Source: Paraspadella gotoi (taxonomy: Eukaryota; Animalia; Chaetognatha). From it: a DNA stretch of 64,000 nucleotides. Under the pieces are notes generated by a model, which saw only the letters and a list, made by a program, of their open reading frames with translations, searched no databases and was not told the DNA's origin. How positions within the stretch are numbered: position 1 is the first letter of the stretch; each line of letters begins with the position of its first letter. Shown one piece after another: positions 42,801 through 56,651 of the stretch. Location of the stretch: NCBI GenBank assembly GCA_051294375.1, contig CM119263.1, positions 23,462,762 to 23,526,761 of the forward strand. The letters are read 5' to 3'. The position numbers and the translations under genes were made by a program.

Positions 42801-45639
42801 CGCTCTCCCTTGCAGGGTTCGATGCCCCACTTGATTACGTGGTTTCATACAAGAGAAAATGCTCATGGTAGACACAGCCTTCCCCTAGACCATGGCGTGA
42901 GTGAGTAGTTTTAGGTTAGGTTTAGAATTAAGGGATGGGACAAAAACCCTTCAAATCTATAGGTTACGTCGACTATCAATCCGCAAACAGGTAGAGCTCA
43001 AGTCCCATGGCGTCAATTCTTTCGCGCTATATGGCCGAACCGACGCTTCATAGCGGACAATAAGAAAGATAGAATTTAGTTGTTGTTCCCTTATAAAGAC
43101 CTTGATTTTTGTTTAAAGGACTTAATGTGAAAAATTAAGACCAGTATCCTTTAAACGCCAGAGGATTAAATAAAATATTGGTACAGAAATTGTGTCCGAA
43201 AAATGGTGGACGTGGTTGTCATAAATACAAAGTGCTCCGAGGGTAAAAACATTAGTTTTAAAGGCGGTTCTGCCCTCTCGAACTACTTGAAGAGCATTTA
43301 TCTTCTGGCGACCAGAATTCATGTCTCTATTTAGTAGGGAATCCGACTGGGCCACCGGTAGAACGTTGGAGGCCAGCAGGCACCCTTAAGTACCTATGTT
43401 GAAGATTATAAATTCACCTGGAGGGATTATTTTCTTGCTATACCAGCCGGTTCACGCCGAACCCTGTGTAGACATAGCATCATTGTTTTACTCTCAATAT
43501 CGTATATTATATTTCTTTGTTTCAATTCCCCAATTCTCTCCATCGTGGGGTCGTTTTGTCTTTGTTTAAATTCAAACTATTAGGGCCAAAAAATATCTAA
43601 ATACCTCCATATACGCAAGAATCCGATAACGCATGGGATTTATATCGCCCGCATATCTTTTGCACAATTGCCTCCCATTTCCTCACTGGTTACTTTTTTG
43701 TCCCTTCTTCCTCCACACCCCTACTACCCGCACCGATCGCTCTGCACCTGGGAACGAGAAAAGAATCCGCACAAAAAAACAACACTTCCCGGTGGAAGTT
43801 CCACGGATATGTAATGGGCGACCTTTTGTCAGTACCCCTCCTCTCTTTAACCGTTCGTGGCGATACACGCGACCAAGGATTGAGAACGCATAATTACCGT
43901 TATACAATCGAGGGATTCCTGATGATGGCCTCTATGGCCGATCTGATAGTGGGTCCTCGAGTCTTCCGGTCACGTGCTCGATTGATGCGCCCGCCCTACC
44001 AGGGTTGGTGCGTGCTATTCGTAGTGTTTGGGAACTCCGGCTGAAGTGAGAATTTTTTTTTTTTTTTTTTTAACGGTTGAGGTTGTCTATCAATCATTCA
44101 CTAGATTGTGTGAGCTGAGTATTGTTAACACTGTCCCAAGGTTTGCCGATTAATTTTAAGATTAATCTTTGGGATCAGTTAAATTACATTTTTTTGGTCG
44201 GATTATTCCTTGCACTCATTTTTATGTGTGCTTCGAAATGTTACAATTCGACATAGGTCTAATCTGGTTTCGGGCCTCTTCTTCTTTTCTTTTTTTCGAG
44301 GTTTATCTTAGCAACAGCGCGTTTTCTTTATTTTTGCAATCTCCCGCGGCGCTGGATCCCATCCGGATATTGTGGGTATCCTTCAGGTCTCAGTGATCGT
44401 CGCGACGCGTGGAGTATACTGGCGATAATTCCCGTTATAACATCGCACTTTAGTTCGGGGACGTGCTGCACTCCGGGTCTCACATCGTCAAAACGGGCCG
44501 CTTCGGATCTCTTCCGGTCGCAACCATGTCCTTTATCTTCGTCCCCGTCGGATGATATCAATTTGCGTCTCGTCATTCCATCTACGGATATCTCGTATTA
44601 TCAGAGATACGCCAATTATTATTTAGCGAATTTTTCATATTGTAAATATAATTATTACCATTTTTAAATTGGTTTGAGCCCTCGTTGTACTCTATAAGAT
44701 ACAATAGCCAAAAAATATTACAACGTAATACAAAAATAGTTTATGAAAATTATTTACGGAAACATCCGAGTTTCTGGCAGAATGACTTTAAAAATGTTTT
44801 ATTTTTGTTTATATTCTCTTGACAAATGCCAAAAAAAACGCGATCACAAAGAATTACACGGGATGGTCATTTGATGAATTATAGGTCCTTATAGTACCTT
44901 AGATGACAGAGTTGTTCGGAACTATATTGGGCCGCATATGCTTATAATGGCTTTTGGAACGAGTCAATTTAAAGATTGACTTCGTCCAAACTCTCAATCA
45001 CTTTTGCTTCCTCATGACACCACCATCCTCTGACTGATATGCGCGGCAACACCACTTCCCCGCAGGTATCATGTCAGGGCAGCTTTTCCTCTTCTGGTCT
45101 CGACGGGAAGTCGGCGCATTTATCTCGGCATCGCCCTCGCTGATTTGCTCCGCGCCACTGCGGGGCGCAGGTCGAGAGAAGGGTGTGGGAGATTGACAAA
45201 TTGAACTCATGGTCATTTGTCGAGGTTAGGTATTTAATTCTGGGTCTGTTTTACGTCATTGCTCTGTGGAAGGCTTTTAGACAGCCCTAGAAAGAAAAAA
45301 AAGAAACTTGGTCGTAAAGACATAATTTGCGAAATATCCCAGTATAATAGGGCACTCTAGAGAGAAGAATAGGTTTAAGTTGAAACTTTAACGGGAACCA
45401 AAAAGAGGCTTAAAGATAAAATGTATGGAAATTGCCAAGGAATAATTGTTTACTATATTAGACTCGAATTAGATATAAATTTTACTTTTCGTGTATATAA
45501 GAGGGGTCTTAGGCTTATCAAATAGAGTCTCATCAAATATCAATTTTGATGGCAACACGCAGATCGCTGCAAAACTACTTACTTTTCCGATGACCTTTGT
45601 AACCGTTTAAGACAGATCGAGAAAGGCGAGAATGTGTAT

Positions 45640-45822
45640 CTTCTATTTGCGCTTGACATTTTCGCGAGTTATATCTATGGATCTACCTGGGCTACCGTGT
45701 GTCCGCAATCATGAAAGTGTCTGCCGTGATCTGTCTGAGCTTCTGCCCTACCGGACTTTCCAACAGTCCCCTGTCTCCTTTTGTGGATATGTCCCAACGA
45801 CCCCCGGAGGGTGTGACGGGAG
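45640..45822 (+). CDS. Frameshifted exon resembling a scavenger receptor cysteine-rich (SRCR) domain
   Basis: Motifs spread across frames: YGSTWATVC (WATVC at 45688-45702), AVIC..EL (45723-45741) and CDG followed by an AG|GTAGG donor at 45822/45823. The order matches SRCR WGTVC...A.VVCR.LG...C.G.E. The sequence is very noisy. Confidence 0.4.
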
Positions 45823-45903
45823 GTAGGAGAAAGATATGATCAAAGGGAGGAAGATATCAAAAAACGGACAAATGAACATCTGCACTTTCGGAATTTGTTC
45901 CAG

Positions 45904-46003
45904 GGATGAAGGCTGTTGATGTGGGACGGGACAGTGTTTCAGATCGTCGGACGGTTCTACGGACTCCGTTCGCCTGGCCTCGTTACGTCGTCCTCGTATC
46001 AAG
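45904..46003 (+). CDS. Possible internal exon of the same gene (weakly CUB-like)
   Basis: Bounded by TTGTTCCAG| and AAG|GTTCGG. One frame reads DGTVFQIVGRFYGLRSPGLVTSSSYQ, reminiscent of CUB DG......GRFCG...P..ITSS. Confidence 0.2.
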
Positions 46004-46187
46004 GTTCGGGCAACAAAATTCAGCAAACAACAGCCCTTTCAAAACAGAACCACTTAAAAGACTTATGAAACAAATTCTAAAAAGTGAGAGAAAGTCAAAA
46101 AGTATAACGAAATAAAAACGGCAGCTACAGCTATTAACACCACAGGCCAAGATCAAGAGCAAACACAAAATTGAACCCACCTCGCAG

Positions 46188-46340
46188 TTCGTAGCTTCTC
46201 GCCATCCTCTCGGCGGAAGTACGCCGACCACGGGGAAGGACGAAATCGATTGGAGGAAAACGTGGGGGAGGACCATTGCTACGACTACACAGTCTGCGGT
46301 CTATGCTAGCTAGGAAATTGCGGTTCATGTGGTCCCAGGT
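46188..46340 (+). CDS. Frameshifted exon resembling a second SRCR domain
   Basis: After a CGCAG acceptor (46187): LGGSTP, EGR, EI, TWG-TI-CYD and AV-LC--LG, recovered by switching frames at single-base indels. This matches the SRCR N-terminal half RL.GG....EGRVEI....WGTICD......A.V.CRQLG. Confidence 0.5.
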
Positions 46341-49300
46341 TTCGAAGAATGAAATCTTCATCGAATCAACTGTTCGACAAGTTTGAATTTTCTTTAAGAG
46401 ATAATTCCATTGATAGGTAGAAAGCGCCCAGATTGATTTTTACTTTAAAATTTTTTAAAATTACAGTGCTATGTCATTATCTTGGTTAAGAGCTGATGGA
46501 GCCTTAAACCACCCAAGAGCCTAGTCCAAAGGTACAGGGGCAAGATAGCTTATATATTAAGAATGAAATGAAATAATTATTATATATTGAAGTATGTACC
46601 AATATTCATAAAATATTTGAAATAAACGATTTTTTGACTTATTGATGGAACGTTAAAATAAAAATTGTGACAGATATTGCGGGCCAACACCTTTAATCAG
46701 TGGTGGTCCCTCAAAGCGATCTCCAGGCGCGCTATGCCAGAGTATCCCGCTTCGCCGCGTGTCGCAAATTCGCCACTTGTGTTAAGGAACGCACACATAG
46801 GTGATTTCATCCGATCGGTTGATTTATCTCATTGTCTAATTACAGATTATTTACTCAGTATTGGCTGGGATATGTGGGCCGGTTTATTGACCTACTTCAC
46901 GGTGTGTCAAACTTTTCTCGACCAATTCGATCATAGCCTGTCTTCTTTCTTTCTCCATTGGCGCAGTTGGATTTCTCGCTCTCTTTATATAAGGCGGTGT
47001 TCTTCTGGCATATCAGCTGAGTATAATGAAGAGATACTACGGAGAGACAGACTGCGGACCACGCTGCCTCAGCAGGAGGTAGATATAATGCTTTCGACGT
47101 CTGCAACTGAACAAACGACCGGTGAATCTCGGATGAGGCAGATGAGAGTTAGGACATTAAAGAAACATTTAAACTGTAAAAAACATATAACATATAAACA
47201 TATAAACAATGTGGAGTAGATTGCAAGAGATGATGTCAGACAGGGGCGCACAGAAGGTGTAGAGGCCTCGTATGTCCATGTTCCAGAGGACATCTGCAAT
47301 TCCCTTATAACGCGTTCGAGACCCCGCTCCTTAGTTTGTTAGTCACGCTTTAAAAGAAAGTAGATGAACAGTGGGTTTTTGACAAAATCTCTCTCGCAGA
47401 AATTAATTTCTATAAAGTTTGATAAAGCGACATATAAAAGGGACTTGTTAATGCAACGCGTCGGGAATCAGGATACATGTACGAAGATAGATTAATGATT
47501 TAAAAGAACGAACGAATTAATAGAATGGTTAAAAACGCTTCCGCCAAAGGGTAGACATGGAACTNNNNNNNNNNNNNNNNNNNNNNNNNATTTTATATTT
47601 ATATTCATTGGATAAAAGTAAATGTCCGGAATTGTCTTGAGCGTAGTGGGTTATCGAGAGGCGGCAATTGATCAAAAAGGGCGTCATTTATATTTGGGAG
47701 CTAATTCTTCAAAGGGAGAAAGATAAAGAGATAGATACAGATGGACCAAAAGGGATAGAAAGAGAGACGGAGAATGGCTACGTATAAAAGTTTTAAAATT
47801 GATCCTATAAACAATGTTCATGTTTAATAAACACGTCTTCTTGTCGGCCAGCCTTATCAGCATTGAACTCGTCCGGGTAAGCGGTAAGTAAGCACTACAT
47901 TAGTGAGTAAGTGCATCTTGGTAAGGGCAAGAGAGAAAGCNNNNNNNNNNNNNNNNNNNNNNNNNNNNNNNNNNNNNNNNNNNNNNNNNNNNNNNNNNNN
48001 NNNNNNNNNNNNNNNNNNNNNNNNNNNNNNNNNNNNNNNNNNNNNNNNNNNNNNNNNNNNNNNNNNNNNNNNNNNNNNNNNNNNNNNNNNNNNNNNNNNN
48101 NNNNNNNNNNNNNNNNNNNNNNNNNNNNNNNNNNNNNNNNNNNNNNNNNNNNNNNNTCTCTCTCTTTCTCCCTCTCTCTTATCGATTCTTTCCGCCACCG
48201 CAGACGAAAGTCGAAAATATCGAATGTTTGGAAATATCGAAAATTTCTCCAGTTTTTTGTTTTGGAAGCCGAAAGGAAATTATCGATTTTTAGTTTCTTC
48301 CGTTCGCTCAGCCACCCACTGACAAAAAAATCCCCCTTCAACTGAAACTCCCTCAGCCTGACTCTCTCTGTACCCCCGCCCCTTCGGATTTGCGTGGCTT
48401 ACTCGGTTCGTCTTGGTCCTCACGATTATGAAAAGCCCCTGTTTTTAATTTCGCCGGTCCCACTTACGTTAAAAATGCTCATAACTCGCCAATAGTTAGT
48501 TAGTTAGAATAAGATGGGGAAAAAACCTCAAATNNNNNNNNNNNNNNNNNNNNNNNNNNNNNNNNNNNNNNNNNNNNNNNNNNNNNNNNNNNNNNNNNNN
48601 NNNNNNNNNNNNNNNNNNNNNNNNNNNNNNNNNNNNNNNNNNNNNNNNNNNNNNNNNNNNNNNNNNNNNNNNNNNNNNNNNNNNNNNNNNNNNNNNNNNN
48701 NNNNNNNNNNNNNNNNNNNNNNNNNNNNNNNNNNNNNNNNNNGAAAGTTAATGTAGTCACTAGTCATGTATTCATGTCATATAATGTTCTGTGAGAATAA
48801 AGTCACTGCGTCGCAACCCATTGGATCTCGTTTTTACATATTTCTNNNNNNNNNNNNNNNNNNNNNNNNNNNNNNNNNNNNNNNNNNNNNNNNNNNNNNN
48901 NNNNNNNNNNNNNNNNNNNNNNNNNNNNNNNNNNNNNNNNNNNNNNNNNNNNNNNNNNNNNNNNNNNNNNNNNNNNNNNNNNNNNNNNNNNNNNNNNNNN
49001 NNNNNNNNNNNNNNNNNNNNNNNNNNNNNNNNNNNNNNNNNNNNNNNNNNNNNNNNNNNNNNNNNNNNNNNNNNNNNNNNNNNNNNNNNNNNNNNNNNNN
49101 NNNNNNNNNNNNNNNNNNNNNNNNNNNNNNNNNNNNNNNNNNNNNNNNNNNNNNNNNNNNNNNNNNNNNNNNNNNNNNNNNNNNNNNNNNNNNNNNNNNN
49201 NNNNNNNNNNNNNNNNNNNNNNNNNNNNNNNNNNNNNNNNNNNNNNNNNNNNNNNNNNNNNNNNNNNNNNNNNNNNNNNNNNNNNNNNNNNNNNNNNNNN

Positions 49301-50467
49301 NNNNNNNNNNNNNNNNNNNNNNNNNNNNNNNNNNNNNNNNNNNNNNNNNNNNNNNNNNNNNNNNNNNNNNNNNNNNNNNNNNNNNNNNNNNNNNNNNNNN
49401 NNNNNNNNNNNNNNNNNNNNNNNNNNNNNNNNNNNNNNNNNNNNNNNNNNNNNNNNNNNNNNNNNNNNNNNNNNNNNNNNNNNNNNNNNNNNNNNNNNNN
49501 NNNNNNNNNNNNNNNNNNNNNNNNNNNNNNNNNNNNNNNNNNNNNNNNNNNNNNNNNNNNNNNNNNNNNNNNNNNNNNNNNNNNNNNNNNNNNNNNNNNN
49601 NNNNNNNNNNNNNNNNNNNNNNNNNNNNNNNNNNNNNNNNNNNNNNNNNNNNNNNNNNNNNNNNNNNNNNNNNNNNNNNNNNNNNNNNNNNNNNNNNNNN
49701 NNNNNNNNNNNNNNNNNNNNNNNNNNNNNNNNNNNNNNNNNNNNNNNNNNNNNNAGAATCTCAATTCCCGTACCGTTCGACCCCGGGCTTAGGGTTTGTT
49801 GCGCTTAAAAAGAATGAAACAGTGGGTTTTGACAAAATAATTTGAAAATAATTTAAAAATTTAAGAAAAAAAAAAGGCTTTTGGTAATGATAATAAACGA
49901 ACGAATAAATGATTTAGTATCGAGTCCACAATTTCAGACTCTTGTCGAAGCAGAGACGATGAGCTTCGGAATGTCGTCGATTTAAAAAGTCTTCGATTCG
50001 AATTCACAATTAAAAGTCAATAAAAAAAAAGTAAAATAACGAGTTTAGTTAAAAACAGTTGCACCTGTCCGACTCGATAATTACATAGATTTTAAGACTT
50101 GTCGACTCGGGAATCGATGGCGGGAATTTTAATGAACGAAGGGAAAAAAAAGTAAAAGAAGAAAAGGAAATTTTTGTCAAAAATGAGTGAGTGTTCGGAC
50201 TTAAAGCAATGGTTTAATGGCAAGAAGTTGTTCTTAAAGACGACGGTCAAAGAGTCACGTGGTAAGAATGAAAAAAAAAATTGTTGAACGATGCGTCCTA
50301 AATTAGTCATTTTTGTTATTTACAATTCACAAGTGTCTACTTGTAACAGAGTGTCTAGCCACTAGATGTGGCCCCCCTCTCGGCCACTCTTCATGGAGAA
50401 TCTCGAAAAAAAGTGAAGTTTCGGCGAAAAAGAAAGACGCACGCTGTGCGTGAGATCGAGAGAGATC

Positions 50468-50470
<3 letters not shown>

Positions 50471-50541
<71 letters not shown>
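50471..50541. repeat. (GA)n microsatellite
   Basis: Perfect run. Confidence 0.98.
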
Positions 50542-50543
<2 letters not shown>

Positions 50544-51902
50544 CGCGGAGATTAAAAGGCCCCGAATTTAAATGGAAATTGGATTTGGACAGCGTCAGGC
50601 GACGATTGTCAGCGACGCAGCGTCTCAAGGCGGCGAAGCCCCGCTTCATTTCTCCCGTCGACGCCTAAATAAATAAAAAGAAATAAAAATTTAAGCTAAT
50701 TTTTTCCGAAGAAGAAAAAATAATTGAGGCGAAATCTGTCGTCGACCCAGAGGCGGAGGCCGGTGGGTTGTGGGGGTGTAAGTCAGGTGCTGGCGATCGT
50801 GAGGGGGGGCGGCGTGTGAACTGGTAGAGGCGGTGATGGGATGAGTAAGTGGGTGATTGAAGAGATATAGATGGAGCAACAAAAGAAAGTGGGTGGGGGA
50901 ATAGTGAGAAAAGGTGATAATGGAATTGATCACGTGAAAAGAAAATTGGTGCGATGAAAAAAAAAAGAGGGTCAACACGGGGGCGATGGTTCGAGATGGA
51001 AAAAAAGGGGGTCATGACAGGGGGCGATCGTTCGGTGGCGACGGAATGGGCGGAAGGGGGCGTGTGAACCGAGGGGGGGAGATGAGATTAGATGCGGGAA
51101 TCACATCCTCCTTTCACTCGGGGCGGATTTCGTCGGTGAATCGCGGCAAACGTGAAAAGACTTTTTTCACACCTAAAACCGAGAAAATGCGGAGGAAGAA
51201 AAAGATTAAAAGAAAAAAAATGTATGGATTTCGAAATGAAAAGAAATGAAATCTGTCTCGTCGAATTAGGAAAACTATTTGTGATCGACGGAGCTGCGTA
51301 GCGCTTCTCCGCACATGGTAACGTCGTCTCTAAGTTAATTAATTAATTAATACGAGATATTCCTTACTTTAGATGAAGGCGAAAATGATTTAAAATTAAA
51401 GAGTGCCTTACTTTTCCCGGGATAACGCTAGATTGCTCGAGTAATCATATAACGTAATTTTAATGTTTTCTCGTTTTACTAACCAAAGTTCCTCTCATTT
51501 CCATGCCTTCTTCTTTTTATTAACGAAAGCAACACTAGTTATTAACGGCCCTTCTCTCTTTCTCTTCTTAAGGGACAGAAAATGACAGCCACCAATCATT
51601 TTGCGCCTTTGGACAAATATACGATCTGAAAAAAAAATATAAGAAATAAAAAGGCCACACCGCGTTATGGCCTCTCTCTCCACCCCCCGCCGATCCCCGG
51701 GCCCCGGTCCGCTAAAAATTTTTACGGCCTTCAATTCGATTAGGAATTTTAATGATTGGAGCTCGTTAAATGCGGTAAATGGTTTTCGACGAATTGCGAG
51801 TTTCGGTTCTAACGAAACGAGTTTTCCTGCTTCAGAGAAAAAATTACGATCAAAGTCGACACAAATTAAAACGGGGGAAAAAATGAGAAGGAAGGAGAGA
51901 GA

Positions 51903-51957
<55 letters not shown>

Positions 51958-52327
51958 GAAGGAACGAGTAGAGACGAGCATGATCGACGAGACGAGAGAG
52001 AGAGAGAGAGGAAAAAAACGAAGAAATGGTTGTAATTTCTCGAGTAGGCGTTCAAACTGGAGGAGCCAATTATGTTTTTCAACCGACTTTTAAGTCCGTA
52101 AGCTTTCACTCTTTCTCTCTCTACCCGTCTCACTCTCTGTTCCTCGCTTCTCTTTAGGGAAATTTAATTATTTACCCTTTTTTTGCTTTCTTCTGTCTCT
52201 CTCTCGCTCTTTCAATAAAAAAGAGAAAACGATTATAGTTTTCTTTAATTGCTCAAGAGTCGCGCAAAAATTTGAAAGTTACGCCGAGATGCGAATGATT
52301 GCTCGAATATATCTTAGTTAATCATAA

Positions 52328-52341
52328 GCGCCCTCTACTGC
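52328..52341 (-). promoter_or_regulatory. CTCF-like motif (counterpart at ~62397-62410)
   Basis: Minus strand GCAGTAGAGGGCGC versus consensus CCASYAGRKGGCRS. The motif is identical in both noisy copies, but this is a motif match only. Confidence 0.3.
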
Positions 52342-53269
52342 GAGAGCTTTCCTCTTTCATCGAAGGTCGAACTTCAAAAGCGAACTATTCAGCCGACAGC
52401 CGTGAAGATTTGCTCGCTGGACAAAGAGAGACATCTTCCGATTAAATGTCCGGCAAATTTTTTATGTTTTTTGATCGTAAACCGATATTCAATCTCCTCC
52501 CGCCACAACCAGCTCTCTTTATGTGGAGAGAGTTGTGAAAATAAAAATGCTCTTCTCTTCCCGATTTTATAGACATTCGACTTCTGTGCGTATTCAGATT
52601 GAATTTTGCTGTCTTTTCAAATCCGTCATTACTGTCAGGAGCGTCGGGACAAATTGATGTACTTTCGTTATGAGAATAAAGAAGAATTACAACTTAATTG
52701 ATGAGTTTTGGTAATTTATCGAGCGTTGAAAACCTCTGTCTCTCTTTTCTTCCTCTTCGACTTTAGAATTTACTGGAGAAAAAGAAATTATTATCAATTG
52801 TTTTTTAATTTTTTTTTTAAAGAATCGATTCAAAAAAACAAAAGAATGTCGAGATATGAACGAGGACGATACCTAATAGAGTTACAATTTTCGTAATCCT
52901 ATGTTTTATATTCATAAATCTTAAATAAATCAGTTTTGAAGTGGACTTTACATGAAGTCATATTGTTGTCTCTGCGTATTTATAGCTATTGTAAAATGTT
53001 ATAGCTATCTATATTCCTGACATCAACAAAAAGAACACGTCGTTTCGCGATCACGTGATTCTAAAAAAAAAAAAAACTCTCGATTTCTAATTTTATATTT
53101 TTTAATAATCACCGTCTGCGAACCAGAAAATATCTTCTTCCCTCTCTCGAACGAAATCGCAGTTAAAATCTAAGCGAGCATTTTGGGACTCGGCATTAAA
53201 CTCGGCGTTACGACGCTAATGACGATTTCGCAAAAAAAAAATACAAAAAAAATAAATGAAATCCGCGAT

Positions 53270-53640
53270 ATGCAAATGTAGATCGGAATCTCCGCGAATT
53301 ATGAATCTCAGCTCCAAGTTCTCCTCATCAATCGGGATGTCATACCGAGCCGCGGCGGTCCTTGCTGCCGTTGCCTCGGCCGCCGCCGCTCGCTGCCGAA
53401 CGCCGCCAGTTTTCCCGTTGCTTTCTCCGTGTCGACTGCACCACTGGGGCTGCGCACCTCGGCCGCCGAGAGCAACGAGTGCAGAATTCCTGGTCGGTGT
53501 GACAGCGGCCGCGCCGGTCGGTCCGCGGATCGGCGTCGGATTTAACGCCGGAAATGACGAGTCTTGCCGGCTCCGTCGCCAGGGAGCCGTTAAGGGGAAT
53601 GAAGGGGGGGGTTGGGGGGCGGTTAGACGCGATTCGCTTT
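53270..53640. CDS. GC-rich exon-like block, strand and product unresolved (second copy at ~63412-63750)
   Basis: Open frames of >120 codons on both strands (minus ...DIPIDEENLELRFIIRGDSD...). No recognisable domain, and the two copies disagree by indels. Confidence 0.2.
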
Positions 53641-54202
53641 GAATCAAGGGAAAAAAAAGTATCGAAGTTCAAAGGAATTAAAATCAAAAAATCTTCACTC
53701 GTGCTTTTGATTTTTGACGGTCGTAATTTAGGGAGGATGAAGGAAGAGGGAAGAGAGAGGAGAGAGAGAGAGAGAGAGACGAGAGAGAGAGAGGAGAGAG
53801 AGAAGAGAGAGAGAGAGATGAGAGAGATGAGTAGAGAGATCCGTGAATTCGGCCGATTTTAATCCCCGTGGGCATTATTTTAAAATGTTATCTTTTGCTT
53901 TTTTATGTAAAAGCAAAATATCACTTCTCTCGTTACGTTCATTCTCAATATGGGACCGGAGCGAGGGTGTGTCTGTTCGGATAGAGGGGTGTGGGGCATA
54001 GAGTAGGGGGCGGATTGAGCAGGAGGGCGAAAGGATAAAAGAGGATGGAAGAGGAAAAACGAAGTCACGCAATTTTTAATTTTTCAAAACTTTACTTTCA
54101 AAAAAATTTAGAAAGAGAGAGTTCAGACCGAGAAAAAAGAGTAAAAGAGAGAAGATCGCGAAGAAGAGAGAGGAGAGAAAGAGAGGAGAGAGAGAGGAGA
54201 GA

Positions 54203-54282
<80 letters not shown>

Positions 54283-55311
54283 CGAGAGAGAGCGAAGAAA
54301 GATTTTCAATATCATCGAAGAGAAGGGGAAACTCATTAGCGAAATTATTGATATTCTTCTCGCGAAAAAACCAAAGAAAATTCTAAATCGACTTTCCAAG
54401 CGAAATATTTTTTCGCAGTTTTTTTTCTCTTTCTCTCATTTCCTGTTCGCCTCTTTTTCCGTTGAGTATTCGTTTTTTTTAAAGAATTTTGTTTTGTTTT
54501 GTTTATATTTTTGTTGACTTTTTGTTTTCTTTAACGAGCCAATAATGAAGGAGACGCTAAGGAAGGCTCCTCGGCCTCGGTGGGAACTGGAAAGGATGGA
54601 TAACGCAGCGACGTTCCGATGGCCATTTCAATGTCTTCGAACGGCGCTTCTATGCTTGAAATGCCTTTGCCTTTTTTCTTTCTCTTCATTTAGAAGCCCC
54701 TTTGGTAAATTAGATTTATATTTTTAAAACAATTTTAGTAATTATAGATTGGATGAGAAAGAAATTTTGTCTGTCCGTACAAATTATTTTCAATACTAGA
54801 GATATAATAATTATATATTCACTTATTATATATCGACTTAAAAAAATCCTTGTCACTGAAAAGGAGCGGAAGAATTGAATTCGTCGAGCGAAACAAAATG
54901 TAACTTATTTCTAACGTCTAAGACAAGATCTCCACGTCACGTGCTCTCAGAGTGACCATCCATAGTCCAAAGGTTCACAAAGTTGCTGCTTCCAACAACA
55001 CGGATCGGGTCAGGGTCGCTCCACCAGCTACGTCCGCCAAAGTCAATTCACTTCGCAGATTACCGATTCAAAAATTAAGTTAAATAGGAAGAAGAATCTA
55101 AGAGGAAAATCGAAAGGAACAAGATCCTCGAGAAGAAGAAAATAAAGAAGAAGAGAATTCCGATCCGAATTTTCAATCATCGCCATTCTGACCCATAAAA
55201 GATAGACGACCGAATTTATCGGCTACCAATAGATTGTGACAACATAGCGTGAGGCTCAGCGAGACGGAGTGTGTGTGTGTGTGTGTGTGACAGGGAAAGA
55301 GGAGGAGAGAG

Positions 55312-55356
<45 letters not shown>

Positions 55357-56007
55357 AGAGAGAGAGAAGAGAGGAGAAGAGAGAGAGGAGAGAGAGAGAG
55401 ACTGAGAGAAGAGGAGAGAGAGAGAGAAGACAGAGAGAGGCTTTGTGCCTTCGCTCGCATTAGCAGAAAGAGATCTCAATGGGAAACATCGGAATCATGA
55501 GCACGAAGCTATGTTTATTTGGTATTCAGCGAAGGCGCTTCGAGCAATCAAGGGGCGAAACTACGAGGTATGTTGGTATTATAAAGAGCTGAAGGGCTTT
55601 AAATAACAAGAGAAGGGCTTGGTATACATATCAAGATATTTTACATCATCTTAAAATATTCATGTCACGCCTAAGTGAGAATGTGTTGTCTAATGGCAAC
55701 TAATATATGAATACAATTATTTAAAATAAAATAATGTACAAGGTCAAAAACGGCGTCCGATTTTTTCTTCATTTTAACGACGCTGACGGAACGGCGACGA
55801 CGCGGAAGAGTTTATCGGTGCTTTCCATCACTATCGGCGTTGCCGGCGCGCTCATTTCGGCTCTCGAACGTAAGTCGTCCTCAGAAATAATCCCGCCGAT
55901 GTAAACCTCACCGTTCGTAGTCCAGACATCGGGTCGACGTCGTCTTCGATCGTCGATCTCGATGAAGAGACGCGCGGTGGTATCGACGCCTGTTGTCGAG
56001 GTTGTCT

Positions 56008-56101
56008 TCAAGCGAGAAGCGGTCGACGAGCCGCTTCAGGACGACGCCATCCTCTGGTTTGAAGGAAAGTCGACTCGTATTTGGACCGAAAAGTCTGACT
56101 C
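56008..56101 (-). CDS. Putative exon 3 of the uncharacterised minus-strand gene
   Basis: TTTCGTACGCAG acceptor at 56102. The phase-compatible frame RSQTFRSKYESTFLQTRGW... ends at TGA 56010-56008. The GC-rich block continues to ~55770, so the true frame and end may differ. Confidence 0.3.
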
Positions 56102-56651
56102 CTGCGTACGAAATTACCGAATACAAAATTTTAATGGAACATGTAAATTAAAATTTGAATATTTTGAATCTAAACTTGCCAAATCGACATCCCTCATGAC
56201 ACACTTTTGCACTAACCTCATTTCATTCTGTACTCACTACACCACACCACCCTTACCCTCACCTGCTCCACAAAGGACGCCGAAGACAAGTGACGCAATC
56301 GAGTTAAAAACTTCCCAACCAAAAGGCGAGTCTCCGATCTTCCGGTGCGACAACCGCGCGCAACGTCCACAAATGCAGCGTCGGTAACGAAACCTGTTGA
56401 GAAAAGAATACACGTAACATGTTGACTCATTGTAAAATTACAAGTTTGCTACTAGTATTTAATTTTTAAAAAAACCATATATCATTTCTATATAAGTATA
56501 GTTAGAATCATTACTTTACTTTTATTTATTAATTAGGCATTAATCTATATATAACATAACAGTTAAATTAAGCTAAAAAATTGTAATCCGTGCAAGTCTT
56601 CCGTTCATCCTTGTACGGCGACAACAATCGATCCCTTACCTTGACCCTTAC

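Larger units (their letters stand above)
41560..49910 (+). repeat. Duplicated segment: ~41560-42960 matches 47590-48533, and ~47290-47520 matches 49756-49910
   Basis: Shared GAAAGTCGAAAATATCGAATGTTTG...GGAAGCCGAAA and CAGTGGGTTTT(T)GACAAAAT. The first copy is insertion-rich and the junction is a 25-N gap at 47565-47589. Confidence 0.85.
52015..53900 (+). repeat. Direct duplication, copy 1 (copy 2 at 62099-64000, running off the window)
   Basis: Colinear from AAAAACGAAGAAATGGTTGTAAT to TTTTAATCCCCGTGG. Copy 2 starts right after a 25-N gap. Confidence 0.95.

Noticed and set aside
55769-56101. Second in-frame TGA read-through (ESDFSVQ...MASS*SGSST...)
   Set aside because: That frame is not phase-compatible with the upstream exon model, and all three frames of this GC-rich block have only sparse TGA stops, so the pattern is expected by chance.
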